From: Anthoceros angustus | Taxonomy: Eukaryota; Plantae; Anthocerotophyta | Reading direction: 5' to 3' | Assembly (NCBI GenBank): GCA_010909165.1 | Contig: MU008224.1 | Span: forward strand, 59,444 to 123,443 | DNA length: 64,000 nt | Part shown: positions 48,572 through 61,669 of the stretch, one piece after another | Numbering within the stretch: the first letter of the stretch is position 1 | Layout: each line of letters starts with the position of its first letter | The notes under the pieces: generated by a model | What the model saw: only the letters and a program-made list of their open reading frames with translations | Databases searched by the model: none | Told to the model about the DNA's origin: nothing | Position numbers and translations under genes: made by a program

Positions 48572-49387
48572 TTCGGCCAGGGGCAGCGATGCTGCTGCTC
48601 ACAAGATGCGGGAATGGGCGAAGGTCGAGAAGCGGAGACCTGTGTGAAAGAGAATAGGAGGGAGAGGACGGCCCAGTGTGTGGAAGGCTGCTGTCGGCAG
48701 CCAGTGCCCAGTGCAGAGCAAATTCAAACCACAGGCTGACTTGCCGGAGTACTGGAGGAGGGAAAAGCAAGAGAAACTCACTGGGCTCAATGAGGGCAAC
48801 ACAATGTGCCAGTGGAGAGAGAAAAGAAAGTGTGGCCGCCTGGCCAGGCGAACGCGCGGTATGATCAAAGACCGTCATTAATACATTAATAAGGCACCCG
48901 GCGCACGGCCAGCGGGTTCGCCTATGTGCCTATTTCCACCATCGGCCTTCGGTCACCTGGCCACAGTCGAGGCCCCTTCCCTATACTGTGATGACATGAC
49001 ACTGAGAATATCGGACTTCCTCAGGTGAACACGCACACTTAATTCCTCGCCTCGCGTCTTTTATACTAGTCAAATCAAGAACGAAAAATTGCAGTTCACA
49101 CACTGGATAAGGACGACTAGCTCCTCTTGTTTAATGAGTCCGAGATGGTATATTTCCGTAGCTGCCTTTTCATACTACGTCCTGGAATGCTTCGGAAACC
49201 TTTCCTCACAACTTCCATTCCAACCAAACAACCAGTGCAGACGTTTGTGTAAGGACGGCTAGATCCCCTTGTTTCATGAGTCAGATGCCATAGTTCTGTC
49301 TCTGCCTACTCATACTGTATGTTCTGCAATGCTTTGGAGATCCTTTCTCATGACTTCCATTCCAACCACGCTACCTCCACGGGTAGT

Positions 49388-51441
49388 TCAAGGCCGCAAA
49401 GGTTTCAACCCAAGAGCAGCCCGCAACCTGTTAGCCTCCGCAATTTCCGGATCTGGATGGTCGGTTCCATCTGCTGCAGGCTCCTTCTTCTCCTTGTCCT
49501 TCTCTTTCACCTTTCTCTCCTTCTTCTTCTTCCTCCTTTCTTCATCATCATGAGATGTCCGATGCTCACCCTCCTCCATGGGACCTTCATCGTCTGTCCG
49601 TCTCTTGTGCTTGCTCCCAGGACTAATGCTACGGTGCCTCTTTTTCCTCTCGGGAATTGGAGATAAGGATCGTAATTCACGATTTCGTTCCCTACGCTCC
49701 CTGCTCTTGCTTCTACTACGAGGAGACCTGCTTCTCCTTCTATCCCTGTCCCGATGCCGATCTCTGTCATGGTCGCGGTCCCTTCTATGGTAATCTCGTT
49801 CCCTGTCCCTGTCCCTGTCACGCTCCCTAAGCTCACGGTCCCGATCTCTTTCTCGGCAGTAGTCTCTTCCTCTGTCTCGCTCTCTTTCCCTATCCCTCTC
49901 CCTTTCCCTTTCTCTTTCCCTCTCTCTTTCCCTATCCCTATCCCTGTCCCTATCTCTATCTCTGTCCCTCTCTCGATCTCTGTCTCGATCCCTTTCACGG
50001 TCCCTGTCCCGATCCCGATCGCGATCTCTGTCTCTGTCTCTGTCCCTGCAACAAGGATGTTCAGCTTTTACGTAATCAGGATAAACACAGGCATGAAGGG
50101 AGAAAGTTCAAAACAGTCATCCACCATCACCTGTAATCACGATAGCGATCCCTGTCTCTATCCCTTTCGCGATCCCTCTCCTTCACTGGGCTCCGGCTTC
50201 TTCGCCGCTCCTGATCAAGGAAAAAAAACAACAATGATGATGCAAGCAAAGGTAGAGATACAAAATTGTATTGGGTCCAAGAAAACATACTTTGTCAATG
50301 TCCAAGGCCTCCATTGCCTGAGCAGGCACCTCTTCCTCCTCTTTCTCATCCTCCTCTTCAAAGTCATCCTCTAATGCACTCCTCCTTGGCTCCAGAAGAG
50401 CAGTACTTTCTAGAGTCCACCTGAATCAGGTCTGTGACATGAGTACCGACATAAGAGCCCAGGACATCCATAAATGGTAAGAACGAGGCTGCACATTGCC
50501 TATGCCTCCTAAAACCCATAGGGGGGCAAGAAGAAGAGTTACCTTTTTGGAACACGTGGCAAGGAGATGTCGCAGCAGTAATCTCTGGTCAAAAGCTCAT
50601 CAATGTACTCATCCACATGGCTGAGCGTGTAACCTGAGCATAAGCAAACCAGTCAGCTGGGGTCCTCAACGGTATTAAACAGGTGAAAAGAAACCATTCA
50701 CAGCTAGCTACCCATCAGTCCCAAGAAACTCGGCACTGTGAACTAGCATTCTCGATAAGAAAACTTACTCCCATCCGACATCTTGCACCGCAACTTGCGG
50801 TAGTCATTATACAAGGGCTCCAGGTACTGATAAACATCCGTAGGTTTTCCAACTAGCCGTAGATAAAAGGCACCTAGAATCCTAACGTACCTGCAACCAT
50901 GAGAACCAACGACGACTTCAGACCAGCCTCAAATCAGCATACGCAGCTTCACTTTGCTACTAATACATGTCCCCCCGCCTTACTTGTAGTCTTCATTCTT
51001 GATGAACTCGACAACAATCTCCTTCTCAGGTTGAATCTGAAGCATCTTAAGGGTGAGACACATAAAAGGAGTCGCCTTCCGGTTGCCTCCAAATGTACCA
51101 CCGTAATGATCCAGCTCCATAGCTTTGTCGACAAGCGTTTCAGCTGAAACAATGCCAAAACAATCAAGAGAGGAAAAACCCTAATTGTAGCTAACAAGCT
51201 TCAGCCTCCAGCACACAGACAGCTCTTAGCCCCGAATGCTAGCACAGTCCCGCAACACACGACGAGGAGAACAAGACCTCATTCCGCAGAAGGAAAAAAC
51301 AGAAATGGCACCTGTGAGTCCGAAACACTGCTCCTTCCAGTATGTGTTCTGGTAGATTTTAGACCGTAAGATTTTCTCCACGAGGTTCTGAGGATTGGTG
51401 CCATGCACGCTGCGAGCCGTGGGATCGGTGCGGTTTGCCAT
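49388..51441 (-). CDS. PRP38: Pre-mRNA splicing factor 38 (PRP38A-type) with Arg/Asp/Glu-rich C-terminus, multi-exon
   Basis: MANRTDP.A.SVHGTNPQNLVEKILRSKIYQNTYWKEQCFGLT|AETLVDKA, CLTLKMLQIQPEKEIVVEFIKNEDYK|YVRILGAFYLRL, YLEPLYNDYRK, RD/RE repeats and terminal EIAEANRLRAALGLKPLR. Confidence 0.95.
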
Positions 51442-51901
51442 CCCAGCGGCCCAACCCCGCACCAATGGCTCCGGGCCAGTGTAAGTGCCGCCCCAGGTCC
51501 ACAATCAGGCATGCGGAATTATGAACGTATGTTCAAATTTTCACCTTAGTTCGCGGCAATCGTCAGGTATGCCTAAGGAGGTGTCGGTAACTAGCTAATA
51601 TAGCTAGCTATCCTATGTCCTTATACCTACGTAGGTTCCTAGCTAATATAGCTATACATTAGACCTACATAAGTTCCTTTGCTGATCATGTAAAATCCCT
51701 GTATGCATGGACGAACCAATATTAAAGCTTATGTGTCCTTCCTAGAACAAGAGCGGAGATAGGCTCTTGTGTTCCTTGGGATAGAAGGATTTAAAAGAAT
51801 TGACTAGAAAGCTTGGCCGATTCGTTTGTCAAGCAAGGATGCCTGCAAGCCCCTGAAACCGTCGTTGAGGAAGGTCATAAAAGAAGGGAAGAGCTACTTT
51901 T

Positions 51902-51989
51902 CTTCCGTTAATAACATGTCTCTAGCTTGTCTCAGGGACACTTGAAGAAGTGTCTTTGAGACAAGCTAGAGACATGTTGTTAACGGAAG
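51902..51989 (+). other. 42-bp stem hairpin with 4-nt loop (pre-miRNA-like or MITE-derived)
   Basis: 51902-51943 pairs with 51948-51989: 39 Watson-Crick pairs plus 3 G-U pairs on the + strand. Confidence 0.9.
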
Positions 51990-52136
51990 CAAGAAAGTCC
52001 TCCAAAAAACGCTTGTCGTGAAGCAAGAAACGCAAGGCTAGAGCAGAATCAAGCAAAGCTCAGCTCTCCAAAAACACCGCCGGTGAGGATTCCTCCAAGT
52101 AAACCAAACTAGTTCCCCCATAAGCTACTGGCAAGG

Positions 52137-52691
52137 ATGCTTGCCGACATGCCAGATTGCCTGCTGGACACTCAAAAGCCCCCTGGGCCTAGAATGTCTC
52201 CCAAGACACCCATGATCTTCTTGTTTAACTGCATGTTCATTGTCACTCGTTGCGAGGGAGACACTCATAACAGAGCATTTTGGGTTGCACAGGTTGTAAG
52301 TGTGCACCTGAACTCTGCAGACCCTTTCTTACGTGTGCATTGGTGGAGAACAGAGCACACAGATGCTTACGAGGGCAAGTATGTTGGAGAATACGTCTGT
52401 AGAACGAATGGCGACCAAGCACCACCATCGAAAGGAAAAGGGGGAAAAAACTCAAGACCTCCTAACATCCAGACGCTCTTCGTTCGCAAAACAGTTATCG
52501 TCTATTATGGGTTCAAGTTGAACTCAAGGAAACATCTATATGCATCAGATAAGAAAGCAATTAGGGAGAAGTTGAGTGCCCTTCGTCCCCATCTGCAACC
52601 ATGCACTCCTGATGTCCAAGATGAAAGCGATGACAATGGTAACGAGGAGAAGGAGGTTAATGGAGAAGGTCTAGACTCTGGCAAAGAGTGA
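52137..52691 (+). CDS. 184-aa ORF with a probable SH3/BAH/Tudor-like beta-barrel; possibly a transposon-derived C-terminal domain
   Basis: FWVAQVVSV...LRVHWW...YEGKY...IVYYGFKLNS..HL....KAI pattern plus acidic tail. Family assignment is from pattern recall only. Confidence 0.4.
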   Translation: MLADMPDCLLDTQKPPGPRMSPKTPMIFLFNCMFIVTRCEGDTHNRAFWVAQVVSVHLNSADPFLRVHWWRTEHTDAYEGKYVGEYVCRTNGDQAPPSKGKGGKNSRPPNIQTLFVRKTVIVYYGFKLNSRKHLYASDKKAIREKLSALRPHLQPCTPDVQDESDDNGNEEKEVNGEGLDSGKE

Positions 52692-53853
52692 TCAACCAGT
52701 CGTATTGCAGCAACTCCAATGTCGGACTTGCATTTCTGTATTTAGCGTATGCCCATGTAACGATTCTTACATATTGGGCGATCGTCTGTCAGTGAAGGTC
52801 ATATCTAATCATCGTGGCATAGGCTGGGGGGGCCGGCATGCCGGCACCCATTATTATCTTCGAACATAAGCCGTAGTCGTTTGCAGTAAGGGTTTCAATC
52901 AAACTTGTGCATTGTTTAGTGATCAAGCTTTGGCATTGTCATTGATTCGAACGTTTGTAGTCAAGACCACTAAAGAGTTGCGCGCCGGCATGCCGGCGCC
53001 CATATCCCTCGCCCGCACTGCGAGCTTCCCCACACTAAAAGACATAGTAAACCTCGATGAAGTGGAGCCGTGGCAAACCCTCAAGGATGGTATTCCGAAT
53101 CATGGGGAGGCTATCTTCCCCATGTTCCCATTCTCATAATTTAAACTTATCCATATTTCACCTTCCGTCACCCGCAGAAATGGCGAACATTATGGGTATT
53201 ACTTTTGGGAAAACTACTTGACCATGGAAGTCAATGACCATCGCTGAACACTAGAATACAACCGTATATGCTTAGGTCAGTATCTTAGACCCTATTTTTC
53301 CAAAAATTGGCGTTACCATAATGTGCAAAACCCCAATTCACTGCCCATCGAGAAGCCCCTTCCCCGTATATGTACCCTATAAGCCCCTTCTTGTATATTG
53401 AGCCACTTCAAATATTATGCTGTTCCAAGACCCCCACACAGCAACGCGCCGTACACGCGCCCGTGCTAAGGAGGAGAAGAAGGGCATGAGCTCAACAAGG
53501 AGGCGGAAATCTGCCAGGCGACCAAGAGAAAGCGCAGGAGGAAATTGAGGAAGAAGAGAAGGGAGAAGAAGGTTGGGGCGCCCAAATTGCTATGGCAAGT
53601 ATAAGAGTCTGTTGGGAAATTGAGGTGAGCTTTCTCTTGCAAACTCACAGCGGGGAAAGTTGGGGTTTCGGAGGACGCCAAGGTGTAAGGGCTTCAGGAG
53701 GAGAGCAAGGACAAGGACCTTGGTGTGGAGAGCAGGAGCAAATCGCTGAGCAGGAGAAACGCCTGCAGGGGTAGGAGGCTGGCAAGTGCTGCAGAAATTG
53801 CAGGAGAAGCATCTCTTTTCTTCAATTTCGTGCAAGTACTAACCAAGGAGGCC

Positions 53854-54894
53854 ATGACTAAGCCTACCATGACCAAGGGCAAGGAGGTGGCTGCCAAGGA
53901 TGGGGCGTCCACCAAGGGAGGTGGCGCAGGAGAGGAAAAGAAGTCTAAGGCAGGAGGTGCAGACTCCGGAAAGTGGAAATTTGACATGCCACTATTTACG
54001 TGCTATGCAGGCCAATTGTCCTCCAGGGACCTTTCATACTTTTGGCCTTGGGCAGCAGAAGAAAACATCCAGCTAGAGTGGGTGTATGGGAGGCATTGGT
54101 CTTACACCAACCTTGAGTTGATTGAGGAATGTTTTGCTAACTTGCAACAGACGGAAGAGGAATTGGCTGCCTTGCCGGATGGGAATGCACGGACGGATCC
54201 GCGATGGTGGATCGTCAGGAGCATACGACAAGTATATGGCAGGCCAGACAGCGAGGATAGCGGGATCACATTGATGGAAGGAACGAGTGGAGGCAAGCGT
54301 GCATCAATAGCGGACCTTCCCAAGGGAGCCCTCACACTCATGCAGGGGAGGATGAAGGCTAAAACCAAGAACGGTTGGCGGACGGACCAGATATTGGAGC
54401 CCAAGTGGAGATTGTTCACAAAGATTATTTTGGGCTTGGTAAGCAATCCGAGAGTGTCGTACTTCAGCACCACCTTCCTCCATTTTTTGTGGAAGATTAC
54501 TCAAGGAGCGAAGCTGGATTGGGGACTAATCATGTATGAAGCTTACATCTACCACCGGGAGAAGTTGCTGAAGCCCAACGCGTCGGATGAAGATAGTCCA
54601 CGGCCATGCTATCTTAGCACCTGTCTAGTACATCTTTGGGAAGTAGAGGGGCTGCTTACAAGTAAGGAGTTGGATGATTCCAAGCACCCCTTTAACGTTG
54701 TACATCTACAGCCAGGGAAGGGACATGGATTGCTTGGCGCGTTGCAGATGAAGGAGGTACCGGCAGCACCACCTGGGACATTGTTGCTGGAAGGAATCCC
54801 TCCAAAAGATAGGCCAGAGGATGCGCAAGAGGACCTGCAAGGAGAAGTTGTAGGGGGATTTGAAGTTTGGACATTGTACATCTTCCAACAATAA
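53854..54894 (+). mobile_element. LTR-retrotransposon-associated accessory ORF (PMD-like family, recalled from bryophyte/charophyte Gypsy elements)
   Basis: ADLP...KTKNGWRTD...FL.KI..G.KLDW..I....YL...LVHLW...GLLT..E. A diverged inverted paralogue with third-position changes lies immediately downstream. No gag/pol in the window. Confidence 0.55.
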
Positions 54895-57038
54895 TGTGTG
54901 GCTGTAGATGTACAATGTTGAAGGGGTGCTTGGAATCATCCAATTCCTTGCTTGTGAGCAGCCCCTCTACTTCCCATAGGTGTACCTGATAAGTGCTGAG
55001 ATAGCACGGCCGCAGACTCCCTTCATCTGATGCGTTAGGCTTCAGCAGCTTCTCCCGGTGGTAGGTGTAAGCTTCACATGATTAATCCCCAATCCGGCTT
55101 TGCTCTGAGTTATCTTCCACAAAAAATGCAGGAAGGTGGTGCTGAAGTATGATACCCTCTGATTGCTTACCAAGCCTAAGAGAATCTTCGTGAACAATCT
55201 CCACTTGGACTCCATTTGGTCCGTCCGCCAATCATTCTTGGTCTTGACCTTCATTCCCCCCTGCATGAGTGTGAGGGCTCCCTTGGGAAGGTCTGCTGTT
55301 GATGCTCGTTTTCCTCCACTCGTCTCTTCCATCAAGGTGATCCCACTATCCTCATGCACGCCATGCTATCTTAGCACTCTAGTGGATGTTCTCCTTCATC
55401 CGATCGTGGATCCGTCCGTGCGTTCGTGTTCGGCAAGACAGTCAATTCTTCCCCATTTGTTGCAGGTTAGCAAAACATTCTTCAATTAATTCAAGGTTGG
55501 TGTAAGACCAGTACCTCCCATACACCCACTCTAGCTGGATGTTCTCCCTTCGCCAATGCCTAAAGTCCAAGGTCTGGAGGATGAAGGAGGTACCGCAGCA
55601 CCACAGGACATTGTACATCTTCCAACAATAATGTGTGGCATGTCAAATTTCCACTTCCCGAGTCTGCACCTCCTGCCTTAGACTTTAATTCGTCCCTGCG
55701 CCACCTCCCTTGGTGGACGCCCCATCCTTGGTAGCCACCTCCTTGCCCTTGGTCGTGGTAGGTTTAGTCATGGCTTCCTTGGTGAGCTCCTGCACGAAAT
55801 TGAGGAAAAGGTGTGCTTCGCCTGCAATTCCTACATCACCTGCCAGTTTCCTACCCCAGTAGGCGTTTTTCCTTCTCAACGATTTGCTCCTGCTCACCAC
55901 GCCTAGGACCTTGTCCTTGCTCTCAACCACTTGGCCCTTACATCTTGGCGTCTTCAAACCCCAACTTCTCCTGTTGTGAGTTGCAAGAGAAAGCTCACAA
56001 CAATTGCACAACAGACTCTTATACTTGCCACAGCAATTTGGGAGCTCTCCTCTCGCGATTTCCTTGCAATCCTGCCATGCTCCACCCTCCTGGGCACCCT
56101 CACGAGCTTGGCAAGTGTTGGGTTGCGCCCCAACCTTCTTCTCCCTTCTCCTCTTCTCTTTTTCTTCTGCACTTCCCCTTGGCACCTGGCGGATTTCCGC
56201 CTCCTTGTTGAGCTCACGCCCTCCTTCTCCTTCTCAACACGGGCATGTGTACGGTGCGATGCTGTGTAGGAGCCTTAAGAAGCTCGCGATGTGGCGGCGC
56301 CTTCCTGCAGTGAGGCCGTCTCCTTGAGTTTCTGAGATGTGGCCTTCTGCAGACACCTGCAGCCACTTTTATAGATCACCCAAGGTTAGAAAAAGTAACT
56401 ACCATTCTATCCTACCCTTGGATTTGTGCCACGTGGCACCTATCCCAACATAGATGTTAGTTTCCTAATTCCCTTATACTAAAATACCATTTCCCCTATT
56501 TTCCTAATTTCTATTTACTGAAATTAGCCTCTAATTTCCTAATTACCTATTTTGGCCTATTTATCTAGTCCACTAAAAGACCCTATATATAGCAAGCCTA
56601 TCTTGCCTAAGACATAGGCTACCTTCCTTAGCAATCTCACTTGCTTTGGACCTGTTTCAAAACAAACTCACTTAAGCTAGTTGCCCAAACTTTTGCCTTC
56701 CACATATTGTCTCGAGTATTCCCCTTGCTTTATATAGTTGCCCATGCCCTGTATGAATCATGGTGCAGGTGGACACTTTCGTCGCCAATGGATTCCAATG
56801 CAGCAGATTGCTAAATACCATCAAGCATTTCCTTTCTCACAGGAGCAAATGTATGCTGTAACGAAGTACTTAATTTACTTCCAGTCTACTCACATGAAGC
56901 AAAACGCAAGTTCTGCCTAGTACAAGGTCAAAGCTAGTGACTACCTTCCTCCATTGCTCTGGCGAATAGTTGTGGTGCGCATACCCTAGACTGGGATGCA
57001 TGTCTGGGGTTGAATTTTTCTTGTACACTGGGTTGACA

Positions 57039-57155
57039 CATACATACATACATATATACATACATACATACATACATACATACATACATACATACATACA
57101 TACATACATACATACATACATACATACATACATACATACATACATACATACATAC
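57039..57155. repeat. (TACA)n microsatellite
   Basis: Nearly pure TACA/CATA array. Confidence 0.95.
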
Positions 57156-58544
57156 ACATGGTATGTATGTATGTGATAAAGCATCACTTATCTTGCCATA
57201 TGACATATTGCGTGGCTTCAATTTTGTTTTTGTCTGCACCTCCGCCTTAGACTTTTAATTCGTCCTGCGCCACCTCCCTTGGTGGACGCCCCATCCTTGG
57301 TAGCCACCTCCTTGCCCTTGGTCGTGGTAGGTTTAGTCATGGCTTCCTTGGTGAGCTCAGAAATTGAGGAAAAGGTGTGCACCGCAATTCCTACATCACC
57401 GCCCACCCGTGGCGTTTTCCTTCTCAACGATTTGCTCCTGCTCACCACGCCTAGGACCTTGTCCTTGCTCTCAACCACTTGGCCCTTACATCTTGGCGTC
57501 TTCAAACCCCAACTTCTCCTGTTGTGAGTTGCAAGAGAAAGCTCACAACAATTGCACAACAGACTCTTATACTTGCCACAGCAATTTGGGAGCTCTCCTC
57601 GCGATTTCCTTGCAATCCTGCCATGCTCCACCCTCCTGGGCACCCTCACGAGCTTGGCGCCCCAACCTTCTTCTCCTTCTCTTTTCTTCTGCACTTCCTT
57701 GGCACCGGATTTCCGCCTCCTTGTTGAGCCCACGCCCTCCTTCTCCTTCTCAACACGGGCGTGTGTATGGTGCGATGCTGTGTAGGGGCCTTAAGAAGCT
57801 CGCGATGTGGCGGCGCCTTCCTGCAGTGAGGCCATCTCCTTGAGTTTCTAAGATGTGGCCTTCTGCAGACACCTGCAGCCACTTTTATAGATCACCCAAG
57901 GTTAGAAAAAGTAACTACCATTCTATCCTACCCTTGGATTTGTGCGACGTGGCACCTTTCCCACCATTGATGTTAGTTTCCTAATTCCCTTCTACTAAAA
58001 TATCATTTCCCCTATTTTCCTAATTTCTATTTACTGAAATTAGCCTCTAATTTCCTAATTACCTATTTTGGCCTATTTATCTAGTCCACTAAAAGACCCT
58101 ATATATAGCAAGCCTATCTTGCCTAAGACATAGGCTACCTTCCTTAGCAATCTCACTTGCTTTGGACCTGTTTCAAAACAAACTCACTTAAGCTAGTTGC
58201 CCAAACTTTTGCCTTCCACATATTGTCTCGAGTATTCCCCTTGCTTTATATAGTTGCCCATGCCCTGTATGAATCATGGTGCAGGTGGACACTTTCGTCG
58301 CCAATGGATTCCAATCGTGATTGCTAAATACCATCAAGCATTTCCTTTCTCACAGGAGCAAATGTATCTAAGCACTTAATTTACTTCCAGTCTACTCACA
58401 TGAAGCAAAACGCAAGTTCTGCCTAGTACAAGGTCAAAGCTAGTGACTACCTTCCTCCATTGCTCTGGCGAATAGTTGTGGTGCGCATACCCTAGACTGG
58501 GATGCATGTCTGGGGTTGAATTTTTCTTGTACACTGGGTTGACA

Positions 58545-58657
58545 CATACATACATACATATATACATACATACATACATACATACATACATACATACATA
58601 CATACATACATACATACATACATACATACATACATACATACATACATACATACATAC
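58545..58657. repeat. (TACA)n microsatellite, duplicate of 57039..57155
   Basis: Same array with the same flanks. Confidence 0.95.
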
Positions 58658-59831
58658 ACATGGTATGTATGTATGTGATAAAGCATCACTTATCTTGCCA
58701 GCCAACCAGCATATTGCGTGGCTTCAATTTTTTGTTTTCTGATACCGTGCACTGACGGGTTCTTAGATATTGGGCGGATGTTGACTTACCTTGCTGCCAT
58801 GTTGCAGCCAATAAAAAGCCTCATGTCCTGTTATGCATTCTCTTTGCAACACCTAGTTCTTGGGATCTGCACCTTCATGATAGCTCATCTTAATTTTTGC
58901 TCTCCTTATACCCACAGCAGCTTAGTAGCCCTCCAGTCTAATCTAGCATTCTTGCCGGCTCCCTCTCCTCCTGATCCCTCAGCCTGATCCGGACCCCTAG
59001 CTTGGGACTCTTTGTTACTTTGGTGTTCTTAGGAAGATTGCCAACTTGGTGGCCTACATGGCTCAGCAAGTGAGTTTGCTCACCATTCAGACCTTCGCAA
59101 TTTTTCTGTGCGGCTGATCTGCTGGTTGCTCATGTGCTCTTGTTCCAATTTGTTGTGCTGGATTTTTCCTTTGCTGGCAAGTACTTGCTTGCTGAGCGCT
59201 GGTTTTCCTTTGATTGCAACTAGTAATGTGTCTGCAAATACGGTGTGTAGTAGGGTTTGGTTTTCACTGCTGCTCAGGTGCCATGGATCCACCATTCCGG
59301 CCAGAAATCCATGCCAAGGAGGTCCCTTTTTGGAGCTGATGAAGGGGGGACGAAGGAGTTGCCCCACCAGCAGCTGGCCTTGCGTTTTTATAGCAGTCTA
59401 GGACGTCTACAGGCTTGGTGTGCTTGGGATGTTCCTGGAGTTTCCTTGCTGCTGATTTTTTGTCTCATCACATGAGGTCTGTAGGTCATGGTGTGAGTTT
59501 CATGTTTCTTAAACAGCATGATTGTGTACACTCCACACTTGCTTTGGATGATGGCATTTGTGGTATAATGTTCCGTGGATGAACTCATGCTCTATACATA
59601 CAGCGTGCTCTTTTGCAGGCTTTTTTGGTGACTTCCAAAGATAGTGGTTGCCATCCTAGCTAGCTACTTGCTGGTCTTTATCCTGTTGATTTCACATACA
59701 ATGTGTTTCATTTGCCCATCCACGATCCGTTGCAACTAATAACCCCTAATCTCGGGCACCATAAAAAATTTGAGCTGATTCCAGCGAGTCATGCAAGTCC
59801 TCAAAGGAGGCAATTGGCAAGTTGGCTTATA

Positions 59832-60500
59832 TATACATACATACATACATATAGTATATATACATACATATATATATATACATATATACATACATATTCA
59901 TATATACCTCTATATATTTATATACATACATATAATATATATATACATACAAGATACATACATATATACATACAAAATATATATATAGACATAGACATAC
60001 ATAAATATATATACACTATATATATATATATACATATATACATATATATATATATATACATACATACACATATATACATATATATATATACATACATATA
60101 CATACATACATATACACACATATATACACACACATATACATATATATATATACATACATATATATACACACATATATATACATACATACACATACATATA
60201 TATATATACATACATATATATATATATATACATATATACACATACGCACACATACATATACATACACATACATACACATACATACACACACATACACAAT
60301 GGCACACACAGAGACAGAGGGCGCACACACAAGCTCTAGTTCACTCCCCCTTACTTTTAGACACACATACACATACATACATCTATACATACACACATAC
60401 ATCCATACATACACATACATACATCCAGATATACATATATCCATACATATATACATATATACATATATATATATATATACACATATAAATATATACATAA
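59832..60500. repeat. Compound (TA)/(CA)/(TACA) low-complexity tract
   Basis: Almost pure alternating purine-pyrimidine sequence, interrupted at about 60300-60360. Confidence 0.95.
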
Positions 60501-61669
60501 ATAAATAAAAAATTTAGACAGTAAAGAGGAACGAAAGACTTTTCAACTGCCCAGGCTTGAACTTCAGACAGGACCTTTGAAAAGGGGATTCAAGAAGCCG
60601 CACGCATGCTATCTCTGACTGGAAAAAAAAACCGGCATAAGCACTACCGATCCCTCGGCTGACTGGCACGAAATCCTCAATTATCCTTCGTAGACAGATT
60701 TCAGCCTTTCAAGTGGCTTTGCACGGGTAACAAAGGAAATCCTCCACTAGGTGAGGCTCTTGCAGGAAAACTTTGGTTTATCTGCAATATCAGAAACATG
60801 AAAACTTCGTGTTCAGCAGAGAACACAACCTCCCCGAAATGGAAACTTGGCTACACAAGGACGAACCCCGTGATCTATGTGCATGGAGAAAACAATGCCA
60901 CCAAGCATTACCTCTGCTCGAGTACCTTTCTAGCATCTCTTGGCTTACTCTTTCGAGAAGTGCAGTGCTGCCTCACACGATACACATGTAGCAGTTCCTC
61001 ACAAAGCTCCTCGGAGCTTCGTTGATCCGCTGCACAATTGGGAGACTCATTCTGGTTACAAGGCTCTGCCAATTTGGACGTCTAACTCACAGCTTGTCAA
61101 TCCATCGGAGATGCGTCTAATACGATCGCTGGTCAACATAGGGTTGAGAATTCCAATACAAGAACAAAGAACAAGCACAGGAAGACATCCAGATAACGCA
61201 TACACAGGCACATTTCTCTATCCAAGAAAAACGGTGTTCAGTGTCAGGGTTAGACTTCATTACATGAATATCATACAGCACAGGTTTCACTGAGCAGAAA
61301 AACGTCTGTGGAACTATCTGAAGGACTACAACGTGCTTCATCAGAGCTGCACCCACCATTTTCCAAACCTCTAAGAGGCACATCCTACAACATGGGAAGC
61401 ACTCTTCTCGGACAACTGTTTCAGTACCTGAGGAACCTGGATTTAAATGCGACTGCATAGGATTGTGTAGCACTAAGCCAGCTCAGATCTGGTAAAATTG
61501 TCGAAGAAATATAGCCGCTTCTCTCACAAAGATGTAATCAGCACCCTTCCGTGGATCTCTCAACCATAGAAAGATTGTAACACCTACCCAGAGCCACCAC
61601 AACCCGTAGCAAAATGGATGGATCTCTATCCGGCTGTGCAAGAGAGTTCGTGGTCGAAAATATAAGAAA

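Larger units (their letters stand above)
54895..58700 (-). mobile_element. Inverted paralogue of the accessory-ORF element plus its upstream (LTR-like) region, with a tandem duplication of about 1.5 kb
   Basis: 54895-56290 is reverse-complement homologous to about 53430-54720. 55685-57200 is repeated at 57230-58700 (offset about 1510-1570) with many small deletions in the second copy. Confidence 0.6.

Noticed and set aside
51810-51845. GCAAGGAT motif (also near 17595) as U6 snRNA
   Set aside because: No ACAGAGA box or other U6 sequence around either site.
56870-60508. ORFs of [12 protein letters not shown] type
   Set aside because: Translations of (TACA)n and (TA/CA)n microsatellites.
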